NCBI GenBank assembly: GCA_964016885.1
Contig: OZ024740.1
Coordinates: 50,034,001-50,098,000, forward strand
From: Eledone cirrhosa
Taxonomy: Eukaryota
Reading direction: 5' to 3'
Length of the DNA: 64,000 nucleotides
A program made the translations under genes and the position numbers. Positions 26,985-40,900 of the stretch are shown piece after piece. The stretch's first letter is position 1, and the number at the start of each line of letters is the position of its first letter. The notes below the pieces were generated by a model, which saw only the letters and a program-made list of their open reading frames with translations, searched no databases and was not told where the DNA came from.

Positions 26985-27301
26985 ATGGGATCCGATCAGC
27001 AAGAGAACAAAGACACAATTCCCGTGGATGCTGGCGGTAATCAGAACAGAAAAAACAACAATAGAAGCGGCTGTTTCTGCTGCTGTTGTAAGAGCACGCC
27101 TAAACCAGGACAGCAGATACCTCAAAAGAATTTTGGACAAAAATGTCGTAGCTGTGGACGAAAATTTGTTACTTTTCTTTTCTCTCATATTGGACTGACC
27201 TTTTTAGTGGCAGGTTATTCTATTTTGGGAGGTTATGTATTTATGAAAATTGAAAAACCTTATGAGATTACTCAGAGATCAAATGTCGGGAAAATTAGGC
27301 G
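26985..27301 (+). CDS. K2P (two-pore-domain, TWIK/KCNK-family) potassium channel, coding exon 1 (N-terminus and M1)
   Basis: ATG at 26985. Translation ends ...GRKFVTFLFSHIGLTFLVAGYSILGGYVFMKIEKPYE, a typical invertebrate K2P M1. GT donor at 27302 (CG|GTAATA, phase 2) matches exon 2. Confidence 0.9.
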
Positions 27302-27651
27302 GTAATAATTTGTTTTGTTCTGTTTTCTGTTTGCTAAAACTGTGGATCTCTCGCTGCCACCTACTTTCTTTCTCTTTTTCTTTCACTTTCCTTTTACTCT
27401 CTTTCCTTCTTTTTCCCTTTATCTCTCTGTCTCTCCCTGCCATTTTTCTATTGAAATGTAATTGTCCCAACGCAAATGACTATAATAGTCGATCGTTATA
27501 AATAATAGTTGAGAAAATCGTATAAAGTACCCTTGATGACGGAAATAAGTGGATACAGGCACCTACGAGGAATCGAAACCAGCATCTCTCGGATACCAGG
27601 CGTGTGCGTTATTTCAAATTTTGAATTTCCACAAAGGTTCTTAAGTCAACC

Positions 27652-27842
27652 GATTGGCAGTATCGGTAGAGCGGTATTAAGTTACGACTTTCTACGTTCT
27701 GAGTTCAAATCCCGCCGAGATCAACTTTGTCTTTTATCCTTCTGGGGTCTATAAAATAAAGTACCAGTAAGTACCGGGTCGATATAATTGACTTTTCCCT
27801 TCATCCAAATTGGTGGTCTGGTGAAAATGATAGAAAGAATTA
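27652..27842 (+). mobile_element. tRNA-derived SINE, family 1, diverged
   Basis: ATTGGCAGTATCGGTAGAG...GAGTTCAAATCCCGCCGAG...AAATAAAGTACCAG. Confidence 0.7.
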
Positions 27843-27957
27843 TTAATGAATTAAAGTCAGTCTAGTATAATTTCAATAATCAATAGGAAATAACACCCTG
27901 ATACGTGATAATCTAATAATAAACTGGACGATAGCATATTTGATATAGTGAGGCGGC

Positions 27958-28232
27958 GATCCTCTGTCGGTTTTGACAATAAGTGTTCCAGTTGATCAAT
28001 CAACGAAGTATCCTACTCCTGAAATTAACGTGTAAGCGGCTGAACATTCCACAGACGCGAATACCCTTAAAATGTGAGTAGACTGGCTTTTTGAATTACA
28101 GGATACAGTCTATCAGAAAGGCTTCCGAACAGTTTCCGTCTATTCAGTTTCATTCACAATATATAGGTCAATCCGAATCTACGCAGTAGAATCGAATCCG
28201 AGACCTAATGATTGTGAAGCGAACTTCTTCCA
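27958..28232 (-). mobile_element. Decayed SINE fragments resembling common octopus repeats
   Basis: Recalled similarity only, plus a reverse B-box-like gaatcgaatcc at ~28190. Confidence 0.4.
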
Positions 28233-28338
28233 CTGTTGATACAGTAAGCCAAGCATTTTAACCAAAATTATAATTTCAGTGGCCAGAATAATCGTTTCTA
28301 AACGATTCATTTAAGTCAATCAAAACTTTAATTAATTA

Positions 28339-28537
28339 CAGACCTGTCAATCTCAAAAACCCAAACGGAGAGTTCTATGGAAAAAAAGTGCCCCAAAACA
28401 GGAAGAAATGAGACAAAATGGGGAGATTTTACATAATGCATAATGAAAACTATACCCATTTTCACAAGAGAAGACATCTCTGACCCACCCCAAAGTTGGT
28501 AGGAGATCTCGTCGGGCGGAGAGAGTTGACAGTTCTG
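28339..28537. mobile_element. Putative MITE
   Basis: CAGACCTGTCAATCTC ... GAGAGTTGACAGTTCTG imperfect TIRs flanked by TA. Confidence 0.45.
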
Positions 28538-28979
28538 TAATTAAACTTAATTAAATAGGGAATTCAGTCAGTATTAAATGTGATATTTAGTAGTATGGTG
28601 ACAATTTCGGACATTCTTTAGTTTTAATGGACCGCCTCAGCGAAATAGTTTCAGCAGGTCGTGTATGACGACAGAACTATATAAGATTTCTGTAAAAACA
28701 CAGTGAGGTAATGAATTAAGATAATTACTTGTGGGAAATATCCAGGAGCACCAGATGCATGAAATTTGTTTACTTGATGTAGTATATCACAAAGTATTAA
28801 TTAATTCATTTTTTTTTTTACCATAATTATACATAAAATGATTTCCCCATCACTAAAAGTGTAATTTTAACTAAATAAATTTTATTGTCTTACTACACCA
28901 AATCTTTTCTGCACTCCGCCAATTCTTTTATGTATCTGCAGATATATAGGATTTGTTGACACTTGAATTGAATATATAT

Positions 28980-31900
28980 ATAGCATCTATATTGTATAAA
29001 ACTTAGCATTTATATTGTATAAGACTAGCATTTATATTGTATAAGACTGTAGCATTTATATTGTATAAGACTGTAGTATTTATATTGTATAAGACTGTAG
29101 TATTTATATTGTATAAGACTGTAGCATCTATATTGTATAAGACTTAGCATTTATATTGTATAAGACTAGCATTTATATTGTATAAGACTGTAGCATTTAT
29201 ATTGTATAAGACTTAGCATTTATATTGTATAAGACTGTAGTATTTATATTGTATAAGACTGTAGTATTTATATTATATAAGACTTAGCATTTATATTGTA
29301 TAAGACTGTAGCATTTATATTGTATAAGACTGTAGCATTTATATTATATAAGACTGTAGTATTTATATTATATAAGACTTAGCATTTATATTGTATAAGA
29401 CTGTAGCATTTATATTGTATAAGACTTAGCATTGATATTGTATAAGACTGTAGTATTTATATTGTATAAGACTAGCATTTATATTGTATAAGACTGTAGT
29501 ATTTATATTGTATAAGACTAGCATTTATATTTATAAGACTGTAGCATTTATATTGTATAAGACTGTAGCATTTATATTATATAAGACTGTAGCATTTATA
29601 TTGTATAAGACAGTAGCATTTATATTTATAAGACTGTAGTATTTATATTGTATAAGACTGTAGTATTTATATTTATAAGACTGTAGCATTTATATTGTAT
29701 AAGACTGTAGTATTTATATTTATAAGACTGTAGTATTTATATTGTATAAGACTGTAGTATTTATATTATATAAGACTGTAGTATTTATATTATATAAGAC
29801 TGTAGTATTTATATTATATAAGACTAGCATATATATTATATAAGACTGTAGTATTTATATTGTATAAGACTAGCATTTATATTGTATAAGACTGTAGCAT
29901 TTATATTGTATAAGACTAGCATTTATATTGTATAAGACTGTAGCATTTATATTGTATAAGACTAGCATTTATATTGTATAAGACTGTAGTATTTATATTG
30001 TATAAGACTAGCATTTATATTATATAAGACTGTAGTATTTATATTATATAAGACTGTAGTATTTATATTATATAAGACTAGCATTTATATTATATAAGAC
30101 TGTAGTATTTATATTGTATAAGACTAGCATTTATATTGTATAAGACTGTAGTATTTATATTGTATAAGACTAGCATTTATATTGTATAAGACTGTAGCAT
30201 TTATATTGTATAAGACTAGCATTTATATTGTATAAGACTGTAGTATTTATATTGTATAAGACTAGCATTTATATTATATAAGACTGTAGTATTTATATTG
30301 TATAAGACTAGCATTTATATTGTATAAGACTGTAGCATTTATATTATATAAGACTGTAGTATTTATATTGTATAAGACTGTAGTATTTATATTGTATAAG
30401 ACTGTAGCATTTATATTATATAAGACTGTAGTATTTATATTGTATAAGACTGTAGTATTTATATTATATAAGACTGTAGTATTTATATTGTATAAGACTG
30501 TAGCATTTATATTATATAAGACTGTAGCATTTATATTGTATAAGACTTAGCATTGATATTGTATAAGACTGTAGTATTTATATTGTATAAGACTAGCATT
30601 TATATTTATAAGACTGTAGCATTTATATTGTATAAGACTGTAGCATTTATATTGTATAAGACTGTAGTATTTATATTGTATAAGACTAGCATTTATATTT
30701 ATAAGACTGTAGCATTTATATTGTATAAGACAGTAGCATTTATATTTATAAGACTGTAGTATTTATATTGTATAAGACTGTAGTATTTATATTTATAAGA
30801 CTGTAGCATTTATATTGTATAAGACTGTAGTATTTATATTTATAAGACTGTAGTATTTATATTGTATAAGACTGTAGTATTTATATTATATAAGACTGTA
30901 GTATTTATATTATATAAGACTGTAGTATTTATATTGTATAAGACTGTAGTATTTATATTATATAAGACTGTAGTATTTATATTATATAAGACTAGCATTT
31001 ATATTATATAAGACTGTAGTATTTATATTGTATAAGACTAGCATTTATATTATATAAGACTGTAGTATTTATATTGTATAAGACTAGCATTTATATTGTA
31101 TAAGACTGTAGTATTTAGATTGTATAAGACTGTAGCATTTATATTATATAAGACTGTAGTATTTATATTATATAAGACTGTAGCATTTATATTGTATAAG
31201 ACTAGCATTTATATTGTATAAGACTGTAGCATTTATATTGTATAAGACTGTAGCATTTATATTATATAAGACTGTAGTATTTATATTATATAAGACTTAG
31301 CATTTATATTGTATAAGACTGTAGTATTTATATTGTATAAGACTTAGCATTTATATTATATAAGACTGTAGTATTTATATTGTATAAGACTTAGCATTTA
31401 TATTGTATAAGACTAGCATTTATATTGTATAAGACTGTAGCATTTATATTGTATAAGACTAGCATTTATATTGTATAAGACTGTAGTATTTATATTGTAT
31501 AAGACTGTAGTATTTATATTATATAAGACTGTAGTATTTATATTGTATAAGACTGTAGTATTTATATTGTATAAGACTGTAGCATTTATATTGTATAAGA
31601 CTGTAGCATTTATATTGTATAAGACTGTAGCATTTATATTGTATAAGACTGTAGCATTTATATTGTATAAGACTGTAGCATTTATATTATATAAGACTAG
31701 CATTTATATTGTATAATACTAGCATTTATATTGTATAAGACTATAGCATTTATATTGTATAAGACTAGCATTTATATTATATAAGACAGTAGTATTTATA
31801 TTGTATAAGACTGTAGCATTTATATTGTATAAGACTGTAGCATTTATATTGTATAAGACTGTAGCATTTATATTGTATAAGACTGTAGCATTTATATTAT

Positions 31901-34900
31901 ATAAGACTGTAGCATTTATATTGTATAAGACTGTAGCATTTATATTGTATAAGACTGTAGCATTTATATTGTATAAGACTGTAGCATTTATATTATATAA
32001 GACTGTAGCATTTATATTGTATAAGACTGTAGCATTTATATTGTATAAGACTGTAGCATTTATATTATATAAGACTGTAGTATTTATATTGTTTAAGACT
32101 TTAGCATTGATATTGTATAAGACTGTAGCATTTATATTGTATAAGATATAGCATTTATATTGTATAAGACTGTAGCATTTATATTGTATAAGACTGTAGC
32201 ATTTATATTGTATAAGACTGTAGCATTTATATTGTATAAGACTGTAGCATTTATATTGTATAAGACTGAAGCATTTATATTATATAAGACTGTAGTATTT
32301 ATATTGTATAAGACTGTAGCGTTTATATTGTATAAGACTGTAGCATTTATATTGTATAAGACTGTAGCATTTATATTGTATAAGACTGTAGCATTTATAT
32401 TGTATAAGACTGAAGCATTTATATTATATAAGACTGTAGTATTTATATTGTATAAGACTGTAGCATTTATATTGTATAAGACTGTAGTATTTATATTGTA
32501 TAAGACTTAGCATTTATATTGTATAAGACTAGCATTTATATTGTATAAGACTGTAGTATTTATATTATATAAGACTGTAGTATTTATATTATATAAGACT
32601 GTAGTATTTATATTGTATAAGACTGTAGCATTTATATTATATTAGACTGTAGCATTTATATTGTATAAGACTGTAGCATTTATATTATATAAGACTAGCA
32701 TTTATATTGTATAAGACTAGCATTTATATTGTATAAGACTGTAGCATTTATATTGTATAAGACTGTAGAATTTATATTGTATAAGACTGTAGCATTTATA
32801 TTATATAAGACTGTAATATTTATATTGTATAAGACTGTAGCATTTATATTGTATAAGACTGTAGTATTTATATTGTATAAGACTTACCGTTTATATTATA
32901 TAAGACTGTAGTATTTATATTGTATAAGACTGTAGTATTTATATTATATAAGACTGTAGTATTTATATTGTATAAGACTGTAGTATTTATATTGTATAAG
33001 ACTGTAGTATTTATATTATATAAGACTAGCATATATATTGTATAAGACTGTAGCATTTATATTATATAAGACTAGCATTTATATTGTATAAGACTGTAGC
33101 ATTTATATTGTATAAGACTGTAGCATTTATATTATATAAGACTGTAGTATTTATATTATATAAGACTTAGCATTTATATTGTATAAGACTGTAGTATTTA
33201 TATTGTATAAGACTTAGCATTTATATTATATAAGACTGTAGTATTTATATTGTATAAGACTTAGCATTTATATTGTATAAGACTAGCATTTATATTGTAT
33301 AAGACTGTAGCATTTATATTGTATAAGACTAGCATTTATATTGTATAAGACTGTAGTATTTATATTGTATAAGACTGTAGTATTTATATTATATAAGACT
33401 GTAGTATTTATATTGTATAAGACTGTAGTATTTATATTGTATAAGACTGTAGCATTTATATTGTATAAGACTGTAGCATTTATATTGTATAAGACTGTAG
33501 CATTTATATTGTATAAGACTGTAGCATTTATATTGTATAAGACTGTAGCATTTATATTATATAAGACTAGCATTTATATTGTATAATACTAGCATTTATA
33601 TTGTATAAGACTATAGCATTTATATTGTATAAGACTAGCATTTATATTATATAAGACTGTAGTATTTATATTGTATAAGACTGTAGCATTTATATTGTAT
33701 AAGACTGTAGCATTTATATTGTATAAGACTGTAGCATTTATATTGTATAAGACTGTAGCATTTATATTATATAAGACTGTAGCATTTATATTGTATAAGA
33801 CTGTAGCATTTATATTGTATAAGACTGTAGCATTTATATTGTATAAGACTGTAGCATTTATATTATATAAGACTGTAGCATTTATATTGTATAAGACTGT
33901 AGCATTTATATTGTATAAGACTGTAGCATTTATATTATATAAGACTGTAGTATTTATATTGTTTAAGACTTTAGCATTGATATTGTATAAGACTGTAGCA
34001 TTTATATTGTATAAGACTTTGCATTTATATTGTATAAGACTGTAGCATTTATTTTGTATAAGACTGTAGCATTTATATTGTATAAGACTGTAGCATTTAT
34101 ATTGTATAAGACTGTAGCATTTATATTGTATAAGACTGAAGCATTTATATTATATAAGACTGTAGTATTTATATTGTATAAGACTGTAGCGTTTATATTG
34201 TATAAGACTGTAGCATTTATATTGTATAAGACTGTAGCATTTATATTGTATAAGACTGTAGCATTTATATTGTATAAGACTGAAGCATTTATATTATATA
34301 AGACTGTAGTATTTATATTGTATAAGACTGTAGCATTTATATTGTATAAGACTGTAGTATTTATATTGTATAAGACTTAGCATTTATATTGTATAAGACT
34401 AGCATTTATATTGTATAAGACTGTAGTATTTATATTATATAAGACTGTAGTATTTATATTATATAAGACTGTAGTATTTATATTGTATAAGACTGTAGCA
34501 TTTATATTATATTAGACTGTAGCATTTATATTGTATAAGACTGTAGCATTTATATTATATAAGACTAGCATTTATATTGTATAAGACTAGCATTTATATT
34601 GTATAAGACTGTAGCATTTATATTGTATAAGACTGTAGAATTTATATTGTATAAGACTGTAGCATTTATATTATATAAGACTGTAATATTTATATTGTAT
34701 AAGACTGTAGCATTTATATTGTATAAGACTGTAGTATTTATATTGTATAAGACTTACCGTTTATATTATATAAGACTGTAGTATTTATATTGTATAAGAC
34801 TGTAGTATTTATATTATATAAGACTGTAGTATTTATATTGTATAAGACTGTAGTATATATATTGTATAAGACTGTAGTATTTATATTATATAAGACTAGC

Positions 34901-37900
34901 ATATATATTGTATAAGACTGTAGCATTTATATTATATAAGACTAGCATTTATATTGTATAAGACTGTAGCATTTATATTGTATAAGACTGTAGCATTTAT
35001 ATTGTATAAGACTGTAGCATTTATATTGTATAAGACTGTAGTATTTATATTATATAAGACTGTAGCATTTATATTGTATAAGACTGTAGTATTTATATTG
35101 TATAAGACTAGCATTTATATTGTATAAGACTGTAGTATTTACATTGTATAAGACTGTAGTATTTATATTATATAAGACTGTAGTATTTATATTGTATAAG
35201 ACTAGCATTTATATTGTATAAGACTAGTATTTATATTGTATCAGACTGTAGTATTTATATTATATAAGACTGTAGTATTTATATTGTATAAGACTGTAGC
35301 ATTTATATTGTATAAGACTGTAGTATTTATATTGTATAAGACTGTAGTATTTATATTGTATAAGACTAGCATTTATATTGTATAAGACTGTAGTATTTAT
35401 ATTGTATAAGACTTAGCATTTATATTGTATAAGACTAGCATTTATATTGTATAAGACTGTAGCATTTATATTGTATAAGACTAGCATTTATATTGTATAA
35501 GACTGTAGTATTTATATTGTATAAGACTGTAGTATTTATATTATATAAGACTGTAGTATTTATATTGTATAAGACTAGCATTTATATTGTATAAGACTGT
35601 AGCATTTATATTGTATAAGACTGTAGCATTTATATTATATAATACTAGCATTTATATTGTATAAGACTAGCATTTATATTGTATAAGACTATAGCATTTA
35701 TATTGTATAAGACTAGCATTTATATTATATAAGACTGTAGTATTTATATTGTATAAGACTGTAGCATTTATATTGTATAAGACTGTAGCATTTATATTGT
35801 ATAAGACTGTAGCATTTATATTGTATAAGACTGTAGCATTTACATTATATAAGACTGTAGCATTTATATTGTATAAGACTGTAGCATTTATATTGTATAA
35901 GACTGTAGCATTTATATTGTATAAGACTGTAGCATTTATATTATATAAGACTGTAGTATTTATATTGTATAAGACTGTAGCATTTATATTGTATAAGACT
36001 GTAGTATTTGTATTGTATAAGACTAGCATTTATATTGCATAAGACTGTAGCATTTATATTGTATAAGACTGTAGTATTTATATTATATAAGACTGTAGTA
36101 TTTATATTGTATAAGACTGTAGCATTTATATTGTATAAGACTGTAGTATTTATATTGTATAAGACTAGCATTTATATTGTATAAGACTGTAGCATTTATA
36201 TTGTATAAGACTAGCATTTATATTGTATAAGACTGTAGCATTTATATTGTATAAGACTGTAGTATTTATATTATATAAGACTGTAGCATTTATATTGTAT
36301 AAGACGGTAGTATTTATATTATATAAGACTGTAGTATTTATATTATATAAGACTAGCATTTATATTATATAAGACTGTAGCATTTATATTATATAAGACT
36401 GTAGCATTTATATTGTATAAGACTGTAGCATTTATATTGTATAAGACTAGCATTTATATTGTATAAGACTGTAGCATTTATATTATATAAGACTGTAGCA
36501 TTTATATTGTATAAGACTGTAGTATTTATATTATATAAGACTGTAGTATTTATATTATATAAGACTAGCATTTATATTATATAAGACTGTAGCATTTATA
36601 TTATATAAGACTGTAGCATTTATATTGTATAAGACTGTAGCATTTATATTGTATAAGACTGTAGCATTTATATTGTATAAGACTAGCATTTATATTGTAT
36701 AAGACTGTAGTATTTATATTGTATAAGACTTAGCATTTATATTGTATAAGACTGTAGCATTTATATTGTATAAGACTAGCATTTATATTGTATAAGACTG
36801 TAGCATTTATATTATATAAGACTGTAGTATTTATATTGTATAAGACTGTAGTATTTATATTGTATAAGACTCTAGTATTTATATTGTATAAGACTGTAGT
36901 ATTTATATTGTATAAGACTGTAGTATTTATATTGTATAAGACTAGCATTTATATTGTATAAGACTGTAGCATTTATATTGTATAAGACTAGCATTTATAT
37001 TGTATAAGACTGTAGTATTTATATTGTATAAGACTGTAGCATTTATATTATATAAGACTGTAGCATTTATATTGTATAAGACTGTAGCATTTATATTATA
37101 TAAGACTGTAGTATTTATATTATATAAGACTGTAGTATTTATATTGTATAAGACTCTAGTATTTATATTGTATAAGACTTAGCATTTATATTATATAAGA
37201 CTGTAGTATTTATATTGTATAAGACTGTAGTATTTATATTGTATAAGACTGTAGCATTTATATTGTATAAGACTGTAGCATTTATATTGTATAAGACTTA
37301 GAATTTATATTGTATAAGACTGTAGCATTTATATTGTATAAGACTGTAGCATGTATATTGTATAAGACTGTAGCATTTATATTGTATAAGACTGTAGCAT
37401 TTATATTGTATAAGACTAGCATTTATATTGTATAAGACTGTAGTATTTATATTGTATAAGACTGTAGCATTTATATTATATAAGACTGTAGCATTTATAT
37501 TGTATAAGACTGTAGTATTTATATTGTTTAAGACTGTAGTATTTATATTGTATAAGACTGTAGCATTTATATTGTATAAGACTGTAGCATTTATATTGTA
37601 TAAGACTTAGAATTTATATTGTATAAGACTGTAGCATTTATATTGTATAAGACTGTAGCATGTATATTGTATAAGACTGTAGCATTTATATTGTATAAGA
37701 CTGTAGCATTTATATTGTATAAGACTGTAGCACTTATATTGTATAAGACTGTAGTATTTATATTGTATAAGACTAGCATTTATATTATATAAGACTGTAG
37801 CATTTATATTGTATAAGACTGTAGCATTTATATTGTATAAGACTGTAGTATTTATATTGTATAAGACTGTAGCATTTATATTGTATAAGACTGTAGTATT

Positions 37901-40900
37901 TATATTGTATAAGACTGTAGTATTTATATTGTATAAGACTGTAGCATTTATATTGTATAAGACTGTAGCATTTATATTGTATAAGACTGTAGCATTTATA
38001 TTATATAAGACTGTAGCATTTATATTGTATAAGACTTAGCATTTATATTGTATAAGACTGTAGTATTTATATTGTATAAGACTGTAGTATTTATATTATA
38101 TAAGACTGTAGTATTTATATTGTATAAGACTGTAGTATTTATATTGTATAAGACTGTAGTATTTATATTGTATAAGACTAGCATTTATATTGTATAAGAC
38201 TGTAGCATTTATATTGTATAAGACTGTAGTATTTATATTGTATAAGACTGTAGCATTTATATTGTATAAGACTGTAGCATTTATATTGTATAAGACTGTA
38301 GTATTTATATTGTATAAGACTGTAGCATTTATATTGTATAAGACTGTAGCATTTATATTGTATAAGACTGTAGTATTTATATTGTATAAGACTGTAGCAT
38401 TTAAATTGTATAAGACTGTAGTATTTATATTGTATAAGACTGTAGTATTTATATCGTATAAGACTGTAGTATTTATATTGTATAAGACTGTAGTATTTAT
38501 ATTATATAAGACTGTAGCATTTATATTGTATAAGACTGTAGTATTTATATTGTATAAGACTGTAGCATTTATATTGTATAAGACTGTAGCATTTATATTG
38601 TATAAGACTGTAGTATTTATATTGTATAAGACTGTAGCATTTATATTGTATAAGACTGTAGCATTTATATTGTATAAGACTGTAGTATTTATATTGTATA
38701 AGACTGTAGCATTTATATTGTATAAGACTGTAGCATTTATATTGTATAAGACTGTAGTATTTATATTGTATAAGACTGTAGTATTTATATTGTATAAGAC
38801 TGTAGCATTTATATTGTATAAGACTGTAGCATTTATATTGTATAAGACTGTAGCATTTATATTGTATAAGACTGTAGCATTTATATTGTATAAGACTGTA
38901 GTATTTATATTGTATAAGACTGTAGCATTTATATTGTATAAGACTGTAGCATTTATATTGTATAAGACTGTAGTATTTATATTGTATAAGACTGTAGCAT
39001 TTATATTGTATAAGACTGTAGTATTTATATCGTATAAGACTGTAGTATTTATATTATATAAGACTGTAGTATTTATATTGTATAAGACTGTAGCATTTAT
39101 ATTATATAAGACTGTAGTATTTATATTGTATAAGACTGTAGTATTTATATTGTATAAGACTGTAGTATTTATATTGTATAAGACTGTAGCATTTATATTG
39201 TATAAGACTGTAGCATATATATTGTATAAGACGGTAGTATTTATATTGTATAAGACTGTAGCATCTATATTGTATAAGACTGTTGTATTTATATTGTATA
39301 AGACTGTAGTATTTATATTATATAAGACTGTAGTATTTATATTGTATAAGACTGTTGTATTTATATTGTATAAGACTAGCATTTATATTGTATAAGACTG
39401 TAGCATTTATATTGTATAAGACTAGCGTTTATATTATATAACACTAGCATTTATATTGTATAAGACTAGCATTTATATTGTATAAGACTTAGCATTTATA
39501 TTGTATAAGACTAGCATTTATATTGTATAAGACTGTAGCATTTATATTGTATAAGACTAGCGTTTATATTGTATAAGACTGTAGCATTTATATTGTATAA
39601 GACTAGCATTTATATTATATAAGACTGTAGCATTTATATTGTATAAGACTGTAGCATTTATATTATATAAGACTGTAGTATTTATATTGTATAAGACTGT
39701 AGTATTTATATTGTATAAGACTGTAGTATTTATATTGTATAAGACTGTAGCATTTATATGGTATAAGACTGTAGCATTTATATTGTATAAGACTGTAGCA
39801 TCTATATTGTATAAGACTAGCATTTATACTGTAATATTTATATAATATAAATGCTACAGTCTTATACAATATAAATGCTACAGTCTTATACAATATAAAT
39901 GCTAAGTCTTATACAATATAAATACTACAGTCTTATATAATATAAATGCTACAGTCTTATACAATATAAATGCTACAGTCTTATACAATATAAATACTAC
40001 AGTCTTATACAATATAAATACTACAGTCTTATACAATATAAATACTACAGTCTTATATAATATAAATGATAAGTCTTATATAATATAAATGCTAAGTCTT
40101 ATACAATATAAATACTATTTATATTGTATAAGACTGTAGCATTTATATTGTATAAGACTAGCGTTTATATTGTATAAGACTGTAGCATTTATATTGTATA
40201 ACACTGTAGTATTTATATTGTATAAGACTGTAGTATTTATATTATATAAGACTGTAGCATTTATATTGTATAAGACTGTAGCATTTATATTGTATAAGAC
40301 TGTAGCATTTATATTTTATAAGACTGTAGCATTTATATTGTATAAGACTGTAGTATTTATATTGTATAAGACTTATCATTTATATTATATAAGACTGTAG
40401 TATTTATATTGTATAAGACTGTAGTATTTATATTGTATAAGACTGTAGTATTTATATTGTATAAGACTGTAGCATTTATATTGTATAAGACTGTAGCATT
40501 TATATTATATAAGACTGTAGTATTTATATTGTATAAGACTTAGCATTTATATTGTATAAGACTGTAGCATTTATATTGTATAAGACTGTAGCATTTATAT
40601 TATATAAGACTGTAGTATTTATATTGTATAAGACTTAGCATTTATATTGTATAAGACTGTAGCATTTATATTGTATAAGACTGTAGCATTTATATTATAT
40701 AAGACTGTAGTATTTATATTGTATAAGACTTAGCATTTATATTGTATAAGACTGTAGCATTTATATTATATAAGACTGTAGTATTTATATTGTATAAGAC
40801 TGTAGCATTTATATTGTATAAGACTGTAGCATTTATATTGTATAAGACTTAGCATTTATATTATATAAGACTGTAGCATTTATATTGTATAAGACTAGCA

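Noticed and set aside
38096-39395. Long ORFs on both strands (YKTVAFIL and YNINATVL repeats, 401 and 428 aa)
   Set aside because: A by-product of a 24-bp unit with stop-free frames. Frames break at every 22/23-bp unit, the region is intronic, and there is no domain content.
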